Positions 15,459 through 23,755 of a DNA stretch of 32,000 nucleotides are shown one piece after another. The position numbers and the translations under genes are program-made. Numbering within the stretch: the first letter of the stretch is position 1; the number at the start of each line of letters is the position of its first letter. The notes below the pieces were generated by a model that searched no databases, was not told where the DNA came from, and saw only the letters and a list, made by a program, of their open reading frames with translations. The stretch spans positions 570,001-602,000 of the forward strand of contig NZ_CP089977.1 of the NCBI RefSeq assembly GCF_025643275.1. The letters run 5' to 3'. This stretch comes from Moraxella nasicaprae. Its GTDB lineage: Bacteria > Pseudomonadota > Gammaproteobacteria > Pseudomonadales > Moraxellaceae.

Positions 15459-16016
15459 TTAAAAATTAATTTTAATCTCAACTGCCGAAATATCAACATC
15501 TGCGGCATAAGCGATCATTTCTTTCGCTTCGGCAATAATCTCAACCAAATCACGCTTGTCATCAACTTCCATCTTGGAGGCGTGATTGGTCATACTTTGT
15601 TTTGACATAAATGGTTGCCAATCTAAATCAGGTGAATTGACATCAAGCCCCATTTTTTGTAACACCTCATCAGCATTCAGATAAGAAACAGGGTAACGCT
15701 GTCCATTCGTCAGTTTTTTCCACACATTCTCCGTTGAATTATCTTGGGGTAATAACACATACTCACTAATTAGGATAATTTTTCTGCCTTTATAAGGCGT
15801 ATCAGAAGAACAGCCTGCAATTTTTCCCAGCATATAGGCTTGTCCGTGTTGAAAACCATCATCTTTAGCAGACCAGCTCTCACGATGATTTCGCATTACC
15901 AAAACATATTTGGCATTTTTGACACGCCCAGACTGCACAATCCAGTAACCAATACCACCCTCTTCCTCAAAGGTGGCTAAATTTTTACCTGAATAAATAC
16001 CGATAACTTTATCCAT
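15459..16016 (-). CDS. Hypothetical protein, no family recognised
   Basis: 185-aa ORF with no signal peptide or TM segment. Terminator (module f) lies immediately 3'. Possible TATAAT at 16060-16065 (minus strand). Confidence 0.55.
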   Translation of the reverse strand: MDKVIGIYSGKNLATFEEEGGIGYWIVQSGRVKNAKYVLVMRNHRESWSAKDDGFQHGQAYMLGKIAGCSSDTPYKGRKIILISEYVLLPQDNSTENVWKKLTNGQRYPVSYLNADEVLQKMGLDVNSPDLDWQPFMSKQSMTNHASKMEVDDKRDLVEIIAEAKEMIAYAADVDISAVEIKINF

Positions 16017-16066
16017 AGTTTAAACCTCGTTAAGAAATAAAACAGAATTTATGCGTATAATTATAT

Positions 16067-16166
16067 AATTTATCGCTTAAATTTGTCAATACTTAGCGTT
16101 AATTTTTTTAAAAATATCGCTTAGTTTTTAAAAAATTATCGTTAATTATTGAAAATATCGCAAATA
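16067..16166 (+). repeat. Five tandem iteron-like direct repeats, consensus AAAATATCGCTTAATTTT, period about 19-23 bp
   Basis: Cores TATCGCTTAA 16071, TAGCGTTAA 16094, TATCGCTTAG 16115, TATCGTTAA 16137, TATCGCAAA 16156. The last unit abuts a TATAAT at 16165-16170. Confidence 0.65.
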
Positions 16167-16226
16167 TAATGCCATTTACCCAAAAATCTGCTAAAATAAC
16201 AAAATACTTTTACCAAATCAGCACAA

Positions 16227-17147
16227 ATGAACCCCAAAAACACCACACTCCACGCCCTAGAAATTTTTTTAGCCGTTGCCCGTGAAAAAAACTTTTCCGA
16301 AGTCGCCCGCCAGTACGATGTGGCAAGTTCGGTCATTTCTCGGCAAATCAAGCAGTTAGAAGACGATTTTGGGCAAACCTTATTTTACCGTAGCACAAGG
16401 GCGATGAGCCTGACGCAGGCTGGGGAAGTTTTTGCCACGCACGCCAAAGCGATTTTGGGCGAATTTTCCCATTTAACCGACAAATTAAATGATAAAAATC
16501 AAGAACCTAATGGCATTATTCACATCAACGCCCCTGTATTTTTTGGGCAAAAACACATCGCTCCACATTTGGGCGAACTAGCCAAACGCTATCCCAAATT
16601 ACAAATCTACCTTACCCAAACCGATGATTTTATTGACCCTTATGGGGAAAAAGCGGACATTATTGTCAGAGTTGCCGTGCCGATGGACAGCAATTTAAAG
16701 CAAAAAATCATTGCTCGCCAACGCCATTTTTTGCTTGCCTCGCCTGCTTATTTGGCAAAAAACAGTACGCCCCAAACGCCTGATGAGCTTGCGACACATC
16801 AGGGGCTTTTTTATCGTGGGGAGTTGGGCGTATTGCGTTTTAAAAATTTAAATACAAATCAAATAATTGAAATTAAAGAGAAAATGGTCAGCAACAATGC
16901 GGACAGTTTGATTCAAATGGCAATGGACGGTGCAGGCATTGTGATGATGCCCGATTGGGCTGTGGCTGATGAAGTCAAAACAGGCAAACTTGTGCCGATT
17001 TTGTCCCATATCCCGATTGCCAGTGGTAATGAGGAGATTGTGCTTGCCATTTTGACGCCGCAAAGCACCTACCGCCCTGTGAGCGTGCAAGCGGTCATTG
17101 ATTTTTTGGTGGAAAAATGGGACGGTGGTCAAGTGTGGCAGGTGTGA
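16227..17147 (+). CDS. LysR-family transcriptional regulator
   Basis: 306 aa. HTH LEIFLAVAREKNFSEVARQYDVASSVISRQIKQLEDDFG. Confidence 0.9.
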   Translation: MNPKNTTLHALEIFLAVAREKNFSEVARQYDVASSVISRQIKQLEDDFGQTLFYRSTRAMSLTQAGEVFATHAKAILGEFSHLTDKLNDKNQEPNGIIHINAPVFFGQKHIAPHLGELAKRYPKLQIYLTQTDDFIDPYGEKADIIVRVAVPMDSNLKQKIIARQRHFLLASPAYLAKNSTPQTPDELATHQGLFYRGELGVLRFKNLNTNQIIEIKEKMVSNNADSLIQMAMDGAGIVMMPDWAVADEVKTGKLVPILSHIPIASGNEEIVLAILTPQSTYRPVSVQAVIDFLVEKWDGGQVWQV

Positions 17148-17470
17148 TTTTTTAAGGATTTAAAAGATTGGGTTGCCCAATACGGCAATATACCTGTTGC
17201 CAGATGGGTTATTTTTATGTATGAACGATGAATCTGCTGAGCTTTGGTGTCAAGCTGAGCAAGATGAACACCAATTCAACTTTTAAAAGTCCCACCAACT
17301 TAATCGCAAATCATATCATGATGACAAAAATGGCATGGCGATTTTACCCACACCGCCTCAATGCCATCATGATATGGCAAAATTAACAGTCAAAAGCTTA
17401 TTTTTTGGAAATATGGTTTTTAAAAATGGTGCATAATCTGTTATGATAAGACATCTTTTTTGTTGATAAC

Positions 17471-18877
17471 ATGAGAACAGCAGCCATGGATACAGCCACT
17501 TTTTTGAACGCTCTAAGCACGCTTCTGCCAGAACTTAGCATCAAAACCGACCAAGACAGCACCCAGCATTGGGGCAAGGACTGGACGGTACATTTTGAGG
17601 TGGATTGCTCGGCGGTACTTTTCCCAAAAAGCACCGAAGAAGTTGCCCAAATTGTTCGCCTTGCCAATGAACATCAGGTTGCCTTAGTGCCTAGCGGTGG
17701 TCGTACAGGGCTGTCATCGGCAGCGGTGGCAAGTCGTGGCGAGGTGGTGGTCAGCTTTGATAAAATGAATCAAATCGGTACTTTTTATGAAGCTGACCAC
17801 ATGGTCGAAGTTGAAGCTGGTGTGGTTACCAAGACTTTGCAAGAATACGCTGAAAGTCAAGGCTTGTATTATGGCGTGGATTTTGCTTCTAGTGGTTCTA
17901 GTCAGATTGGTGGCAATATCGGTACTAATGCTGGTGGCATTAAGGTCATTCGCTATGGCATGACTCGCAATCAAATCTTAGGTCTGACGGTCGTTACAGG
18001 CAAAGGCGATATCTTAGAACTGAATGGCGGTATGCTAAAAAACGCCACAGGCTATGATTTTCGCCATCTGTTCATCGGTGCAGAAGGCACGCTTGGTTTT
18101 GTGACCAAAGCCCTCATCAAACTAGAAAAACAACCCACCAACTTAACCGCAATGGTACTGGGCGTGCCTGATTTTGGCTCGGTGGTTGGTCTGTTAAACC
18201 GTTTTAATAAAGCACTAAATTTGACTGCTTTTGAGTTTTTTGACGCCATCGCCATTGATAAAGTCATCAGTGCAGGACACGCCAAAGCCCCCTTCGATAG
18301 CCAAACCCCGTTTTATGTGCTGCTTGAATTTGAAGCAATCAATGATGAAGTGCTAGACACAGCCATGTCTGTCTTTGAACATTGTGCCGAAGAAGGATTG
18401 ATTGTCGATGGCGTGATGAGCCAAAGCGTGGGTCAGCTCCAAGAACTCTGGAAATTGCGTGAAAGTATCTCAGAAACCATCTCGGTATTTACGCCTTATA
18501 AAAATGATGTTTCGGTGCTGATTACGCATTTGGGCGATTTCATCAATGACATCGAACGCATCGTTAAAGACAATTATCCAGATTTTGAGATTTGTTGGTT
18601 TGGGCATATTGGCGATGGCAACCTACACCTAAATATCCTAAAACCTGACACTCTATCCAAAGATGAGTTTTTTGCCAAATGCCAAACGGTCAATCAATAT
18701 GTCTTTGAAACCGTCCAAAAATACAAAGGCTCCATCAGTGCTGAGCATGGGGTGGGCATGACCAAAAAACCATACCTGACCTACACCAGAAGTGCTGCTG
18801 AGATTGAATACATGAAAGCCATCAAGGCGGTATTTGACCCAAACAACATCATCAATCCTGGCAAGATTTTTGACTAA
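17471..18877 (+). CDS. FAD-binding oxidase, GlcD / D-2-hydroxyacid dehydrogenase family
   Basis: 468 aa. FAD_binding_4 region VALVPSGGRTGLSSAAV, C-terminal SISAEHGVGMTKKPYL and DPNNIINPGKIF. The start could instead be ATG 17486. Confidence 0.8.
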   Translation: MRTAAMDTATFLNALSTLLPELSIKTDQDSTQHWGKDWTVHFEVDCSAVLFPKSTEEVAQIVRLANEHQVALVPSGGRTGLSSAAVASRGEVVVSFDKMNQIGTFYEADHMVEVEAGVVTKTLQEYAESQGLYYGVDFASSGSSQIGGNIGTNAGGIKVIRYGMTRNQILGLTVVTGKGDILELNGGMLKNATGYDFRHLFIGAEGTLGFVTKALIKLEKQPTNLTAMVLGVPDFGSVVGLLNRFNKALNLTAFEFFDAIAIDKVISAGHAKAPFDSQTPFYVLLEFEAINDEVLDTAMSVFEHCAEEGLIVDGVMSQSVGQLQELWKLRESISETISVFTPYKNDVSVLITHLGDFINDIERIVKDNYPDFEICWFGHIGDGNLHLNILKPDTLSKDEFFAKCQTVNQYVFETVQKYKGSISAEHGVGMTKKPYLTYTRSAAEIEYMKAIKAVFDPNNIINPGKIFD

Positions 18878-18885
18878 CCCAAACA

Positions 18886-18910
18886 AAAAGCCCTGCATTA
18901 GGGGCTTTTT
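18886..18910 (+). terminator. Rho-independent terminator
   Basis: AAAAGCCCTGCATTAGGGGCTTTTT directly after the stop at 18877. Confidence 0.7.
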
Positions 18911-18929
18911 ATCAACATGAATCGATGCA

Positions 18930-19403
18930 ATGAAAAATTTCTTCACAACACTTGTCAAATACCTACTGATATTCGTGGTGGTCTATGTGGCGGTCAATCT
19001 TTGGCGTTCGCCCAGCACGCCTGCCAAACAAGCTGATATGGGCATACCATCATCATTTTTACAAACTAGCCAACAAGAGCCTGTTTTGGTGTATTTTTGG
19101 GGAACTTGGTGCGGCATCTGTCGTCTAACCAGCCCCAATGTCAATGAAATGCACCTATCAGGCTATCCTGTCTTAGGCATTGCAGTCTCCTCAGGCAGCA
19201 CAGACGAGCTGAATAATTATCTACAACAACACGATTACCGTTTTGCCAATCTTAATGATGAATATGGTCAGCTGTTTGCTGATTGGCAAGGTCAAGTTAC
19301 GCCATCATTCATCATCATCACAGATGGTCAAGTTAGCCAAAGTTTTACAGGCATCACGCCTCTTTGGCTGATGAAAGCTCGTATGTTTTGGGCAAGCATC
19401 TAA
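18930..19403 (+). CDS. TlpA/ResA-like membrane-anchored thiol:disulfide oxidoreductase
   Basis: 157 aa. N-terminal TM anchor, thioredoxin motif FWGTWCGICR. Confidence 0.65.
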   Translation: MKNFFTTLVKYLLIFVVVYVAVNLWRSPSTPAKQADMGIPSSFLQTSQQEPVLVYFWGTWCGICRLTSPNVNEMHLSGYPVLGIAVSSGSTDELNNYLQQHDYRFANLNDEYGQLFADWQGQVTPSFIIITDGQVSQSFTGITPLWLMKARMFWASI

Positions 19404-19434
19404 CCGCCATTGATAATCACGCAGTCTTGATGAC

Positions 19435-19470
19435 AAAACCCCAATAACCAAAAGTCATTGGGGTTTATTA
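19435..19470. terminator. Bidirectional terminator hairpin between convergent genes
   Basis: AAAACCCCAAT ... ATTGGGGTTT with flanking A/T runs. Confidence 0.65.
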
Positions 19471-19495
19471 TTGACACTCAATCTGTCATCATGGC

Positions 19496-20557
19496 TTATT
19501 TGGCTTGGCGAGCAGGCGTGGTATCAACATTCACGCTTTCGCCCAAAGTGGTCAAATCCACACTCACGCCTTGTTGGGCAGCGTGTTTTGGACTGATGAA
19601 TAGCGTCAAAGTATTCATCACTTGTGGTTCAATCTCGCTGGGCGACTTACCGTCTAAGACCTGAGCAACCATCTTAGAGGCAGTAACACCAAAGTCATAG
19701 TCATTGACACCAAGTGCCGCTGCCGCACCACGACGCACGCTAAACTCATCAGAAGTGATTACAGGAATTTTTAGCTCATTAGCAGCTTGCACCATCGCTT
19801 CCATCGCTGATGCCACGCCATTATCTAGCGAAGTATATACCAAATCAGCACGACCTGCCAAAGAACGAGTCGCTTCGGCAACATCACTAGAACGATTGGC
19901 GGCAACATCAACCAGCTCCATGCCTCGTTTTGGTAATTCAACCGCCAATTTATTTTTGACCGCCACTGCATTCGCCTCGCCTGGACTGTACACAAAACCG
20001 ATGCGTTTGGCTTCTGGCTTAATCTTGGTAAACAGCTCAATCTGTGGTTCTAGCGGTAATTGGCTTGATAAGCCTGTGATGTTTGGCTGTGTGCCTTTAT
20101 TATTTTCATCAATCAATTTGGCAGCAACAGGGTCAGAAACCGCTGTATAAATCATTGGAATCGTGGTGGTTGCCGCTGCCAAACTTTGGGCTGATGGCGT
20201 TGTGATACCAATGATGGCATCAGGATTATCTGCCACAAACTGCTTGGCAATCTGTCCAACCGTCGCCATACTGCCTTGTGCTGATTGGAAATTAACCGTC
20301 AAATTTTCGCCATCTTTATAGCCCAAACTTGCCAAACCATCAATCACACCCAAGCGAATGTCATTCAACGATGGGTGCTCAACAATAGCAGTGATGGCAA
20401 TGGTCTTGGTGGCTTTTTGTTCGCCTGTCGCCACCTGAGCATCGGCAGGTTTTTGGGTCGCCTCTTCTTTACAACCTGATAAAATACTGGCTGTCAAAGC
20501 CAATGGTAAGCCCATACGATAAATGACTTGGGCAAATTTATTGCGTGGTAGATTCAT
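19496..20557 (-). CDS. ABC transporter substrate-binding lipoprotein (ABC_sub_bind / COG2984 type)
   Basis: IVEHPSLNDIRLGVIDGL, ITTPSAQSLAAA, YTAVSDPVAAKL, GFVYSPGEANAV, IPVITSD. Lipobox LSGC. Start trimmed to MNLPRNKF (ATG 20557, GGAG RBS). Confidence 0.85.
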   Translation of the reverse strand: MNLPRNKFAQVIYRMGLPLALTASILSGCKEEATQKPADAQVATGEQKATKTIAITAIVEHPSLNDIRLGVIDGLASLGYKDGENLTVNFQSAQGSMATVGQIAKQFVADNPDAIIGITTPSAQSLAAATTTIPMIYTAVSDPVAAKLIDENNKGTQPNITGLSSQLPLEPQIELFTKIKPEAKRIGFVYSPGEANAVAVKNKLAVELPKRGMELVDVAANRSSDVAEATRSLAGRADLVYTSLDNGVASAMEAMVQAANELKIPVITSDEFSVRRGAAAALGVNDYDFGVTASKMVAQVLDGKSPSEIEPQVMNTLTLFISPKHAAQQGVSVDLTTLGESVNVDTTPARQAK

Positions 20558-20631
20558 CACAACTCCATCAATTTTTACTAAAATAAAAAATATTCTAGCA
20601 CATAATCGCCCAGTCTTGCTAGAATTATTGA

Positions 20632-20669
20632 CAAACAAAAACACCCCAAATCTGCTGATTTAGGGTGTT
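20632..20669 (-). terminator. Rho-independent terminator of the repeat-tailed lipoprotein gene
   Basis: Stem AACACCC / GGGTGTT, followed by a T-run on the minus strand. Confidence 0.6.
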
Positions 20670-20691
20670 TGGCATCACAAAAACAAGGTAA

Positions 20692-21798
20692 TCAGTAAGT
20701 TTCGCCAGTCTCAACAATGGTAATCTGTGCTGGTGCTGCTTGTTTGCTTGGCTGAGCGGTTGGTGCGATGTCTTTTTTTGGCTCAGCTTTTGGGGCTGGT
20801 TTTGAAGTATGTTCGCTCTTTGGTTCAGCTTTTGGCTCAGTTTTTTCGACTTTTGGCTCTGATTTAATGATTTGTTTGGTTTGTTCGCTGACCAAAGTAT
20901 CTGTCTTCGCCTCTTCTTTGGCTGCGGCTGCTGGGGTAGATTTTTTTGGTTCACTGGACTTGTTTTGGACAGCCTGCTCGCTACGCTTTGGAGTTGGTGT
21001 GTCGTTATTTCTGCGTGGTTGCTCCTTTTGAACCACTCGCTCTGCTCTTGGCTGTTGTGAGCGAGTCGCTTGCTCTTTGGCAGGACGACTGACCGTCTCG
21101 CCTGCTGGACGAGAAATCGGTGCTGCTGACACGATTTGGTTTTCTTGCATCTTCACCACCGCCTCTGGTCGCACAGATACGGTTGGTGCAGCGATGTTTG
21201 CCATCTGTTCATTTGACTCATCTGGCGTTTGGGTATGCACCACGCTGGCGGCAGCAACCAGCACATCAGCCAGCAATGCTACGGCTGGGTGTTCTTCGCC
21301 AAGCACCGCCTTATTATCCACGATTTGATAAGAAAAACCCTGTGCCACAAGACGACCTGCAATGATTTGCACTCCTGCTTGCTCTGCACGCTGAGCCAGC
21401 GGCATCTGACTTTCTGCAAATAGTGTCTCTGCCGCTGCCAAATCAGTCGCTTGCGGTGTCAGATACACATCAGCAACACAGCCACCCTCAACATTGGCAA
21501 CATTTTGCAAATCAATCGCCACTGATGATAGCTTGCCACGAACTTTGGTCTCCATGTCTTGCATTTGCAATTCTGACAAACCTGATAGGCGTGCCAATGA
21601 TGCGTCCAGCAACGCTGCTTGCAAAGAATCGCTCAGACGATTTTTTAGGCTATGGTCATCACACACGGCAGCGATTTGTGTCACCACAGGCTTGGCAACT
21701 TTCATGCCATCTGATTCGACATCATTTTTTTCACAGCCAAACAATGCCAAAGCTGCCACCGCTGGAATACCAAAAAATTTTAGCGTTGTTGTTTTCAT
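20692..21798 (-). CDS. Lipoprotein with Lys/Pro/Glu/Ala-rich repetitive C-terminal tail, function unknown
   Basis: 368 aa. Lipobox LFGC. The C-terminal ~110 aa is low complexity (EPKVEKTEPKAEPKSEHTSKPAPKAEPKK). Confidence 0.7.
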   Translation of the reverse strand: MKTTTLKFFGIPAVAALALFGCEKNDVESDGMKVAKPVVTQIAAVCDDHSLKNRLSDSLQAALLDASLARLSGLSELQMQDMETKVRGKLSSVAIDLQNVANVEGGCVADVYLTPQATDLAAAETLFAESQMPLAQRAEQAGVQIIAGRLVAQGFSYQIVDNKAVLGEEHPAVALLADVLVAAASVVHTQTPDESNEQMANIAAPTVSVRPEAVVKMQENQIVSAAPISRPAGETVSRPAKEQATRSQQPRAERVVQKEQPRRNNDTPTPKRSEQAVQNKSSEPKKSTPAAAAKEEAKTDTLVSEQTKQIIKSEPKVEKTEPKAEPKSEHTSKPAPKAEPKKDIAPTAQPSKQAAPAQITIVETGETY

Positions 21799-22033
21799 AA
21801 TTTGCTCTAAATGCTGACAATCTTTTTTTAAAATCTATCTTTAATGACACAAAACCAAGCTGGCAAAGCCATAATATCATGGCTATGGCATATCTTTATT
21901 GCTATTGGTATAATAGCACCTATCGTGTGCCAAATTTCAACATTATACCACAAGCCCATTGATTTGATAGTAACAAGATGACAAAGATTTGGCTTGGATA
22001 CATTTTTTCTGTTTAATTTTACAAACCATTAAC

Positions 22034-22834
22034 ATGACTGTCACAAATCACCCTGCCCAAGATAGAAATTTTGATGCCATCAGTGACCATTTTGCCAAAA
22101 AAGTCTATGGCGGACTTAAAGGTCGTATCCGTCTTGCTGTACTCCATCATGATATTGCCGAAATCGTCACGCAGTTAAGTCAAGCACTTGCTCGCCCCTT
22201 AAAAATTCTTGATGTGGGTGCAGGACTTGCCCAAATCAGCCTCTCCTTGGCAGACAGTCATCAAGTTACCATCAATGACATCTCAGCCAATATGCTGGCA
22301 CTGTCCAAAGAATATGCCGCCAATCAACACATCAACACCGATGGCATACGATTCATCATTTGTCCCTATCAAGCATTATCATCGCATCTTGCGGACGAAA
22401 AATTTGACCTAATCTTATGCCATGCCGTGCTAGAATGGCTGGGCAAGCCTGAACAAATCATGGACTTTTTTGACCGTCACTTGGCAGATGATGGTGCATT
22501 ATCATTGTGCTTTTATAATCCTGCCAGTCTGACTTATCGCAATCTGGTGATGGGTAATTTTTATCAGCTAAACAACCCAAAAACAGCTGATAATAAAAGC
22601 CTAACTCCAAATCACCCTGTCGCCCCAGAGGTCGTGGAAGAATGGCTACACCAGCATCGCTATCAAATCATACAACAATCTGGCATTCGAGTATTTTCTG
22701 ATTATGCACCGCTCAAACGAGGCGGTCTAACCAATGAAGATGCGGTGGTTGAGATGGAGCTAAAATATTCAAGACAGATGCCATTTCGCCTGATGGGTCG
22801 TTACTTACATTTGATTGCCCAAAAAAAACTTTAA
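22034..22834 (+). CDS. cmoM: tRNA (cmo5U34) methyltransferase CmoM (SmtA)
   Basis: QDRNFDAISDHFAKKVYGGLKGRIRLAVL, LDVGAG, CHAVLEWL and MGRYLHLIAQK are collinear with E. coli SmtA/CmoM. Start trimmed to MTVTNH. Confidence 0.8.
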   Translation: MTVTNHPAQDRNFDAISDHFAKKVYGGLKGRIRLAVLHHDIAEIVTQLSQALARPLKILDVGAGLAQISLSLADSHQVTINDISANMLALSKEYAANQHINTDGIRFIICPYQALSSHLADEKFDLILCHAVLEWLGKPEQIMDFFDRHLADDGALSLCFYNPASLTYRNLVMGNFYQLNNPKTADNKSLTPNHPVAPEVVEEWLHQHRYQIIQQSGIRVFSDYAPLKRGGLTNEDAVVEMELKYSRQMPFRLMGRYLHLIAQKKL

Positions 22835-22843
22835 GGCAATAAC

Positions 22844-23755
22844 ATGCACAAACAACAACTGATTGGTTCACTACAAGTGATTTTGGCAGGCATCTGCTGG
22901 GGCAGTTTAGGGATTTTTTCAACCAAACTGGGCGAGCTTGGCGTAGATAGTTTTGGCATTGCTGCCTTGCGTATCGTGACGGCATCGCTGTTGATTATCA
23001 TCATCACACCAAGACTATTTCCCATCATCAAGACGCTTGATGGGTCGGCATGGTTTGGTTTGATTGTCCAAGCCATCATTGGTGTGCTTGGCATGACTTT
23101 TAGTTATTTTTATGCTGTCAAAACCGTAGGCGTCAGCATGGCGGTGGCATTATTGTACACCGCACCTGTATTTAGTCTGATTTTTGCCAATCTATTGCTG
23201 GGCGAACGCATCGCCAAAAAATCCATCTACCTATCCATCATTGCCGTGCTTGGCGTGGCGTGCCTGATGGCACAAGACGGTTTGTCGCCAACGGTTGGCA
23301 TGGCGATTGGATTATTATCGGGTGTCTGTTATAGTCTTTATGGCGTGCTGGGCAAAAAAGCCATCGCTAACGCCACACCTCCTTTGTTGATATTTTTTAG
23401 CTCCATCACCATCAGCAGTCTGATTTTATTGGCTTTGCCAAGCACTTGGCATGCTTACCAAATCATCGCCACACTACCCACCTCAAACTGGCTACTGGTA
23501 TTAGGACTTAGCGTGATTGGGACGATTGCACCGTTTTTATTGTACATGAGTGCCTTGGACAAATTGTCCGCCACAACCGCCTCCATCTTTACCATCATTG
23601 AGCCTTTGACAGCGATTTTACTGGCAATTTTTTTGTTAAATCAATCCTTGCAGCCCTTGCAAATACTGGGTATTGTATTGATTATTCTGGCAACTTTGGC
23701 AAACGCTGTGGGCAATCATACCACTAGCCCAGCCAACGACCCAGCAACGCATTGA
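22844..23755 (+). CDS. EamA/DMT-family transporter
   Basis: 303 aa with 10 predicted TM segments arranged as two EamA-like halves. Confidence 0.75.
   Translation: MHKQQLIGSLQVILAGICWGSLGIFSTKLGELGVDSFGIAALRIVTASLLIIIITPRLFPIIKTLDGSAWFGLIVQAIIGVLGMTFSYFYAVKTVGVSMAVALLYTAPVFSLIFANLLLGERIAKKSIYLSIIAVLGVACLMAQDGLSPTVGMAIGLLSGVCYSLYGVLGKKAIANATPPLLIFFSSITISSLILLALPSTWHAYQIIATLPTSNWLLVLGLSVIGTIAPFLLYMSALDKLSATTASIFTIIEPLTAILLAIFLLNQSLQPLQILGIVLIILATLANAVGNHTTSPANDPATH

Noticed and set aside
4000-16100. Chromosomal integron cassette array (small unrelated genes separated by a conserved repeat)
   Set aside because: There is no intI gene and no attC-like R''/R' cores (RYYYAAC...GTTRRRY). Many units carry their own regulators and promoters, and orientation is mixed. 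The repeats look like terminator-containing modules, not attC sites.
16067-16166. CRISPR array
   Set aside because: The units are about 20 bp, degenerate and contiguous with no unique spacers. There are no cas genes in the window.
16142-16351. 69-aa minus-strand ORF overlapping the LysR start
   Set aside because: It is antisense to the conserved LysR HTH region and runs through the AT-rich repeat array. It is most likely spurious.
20625-21060. ORFs 20625..20954(-), 20768..21031(+) and 20872..21060(+) with Q/K/P-rich or F/G/S-rich products
   Set aside because: These are alternative-frame readings of the low-complexity repeat tail of the lipoprotein gene 20692..21798.
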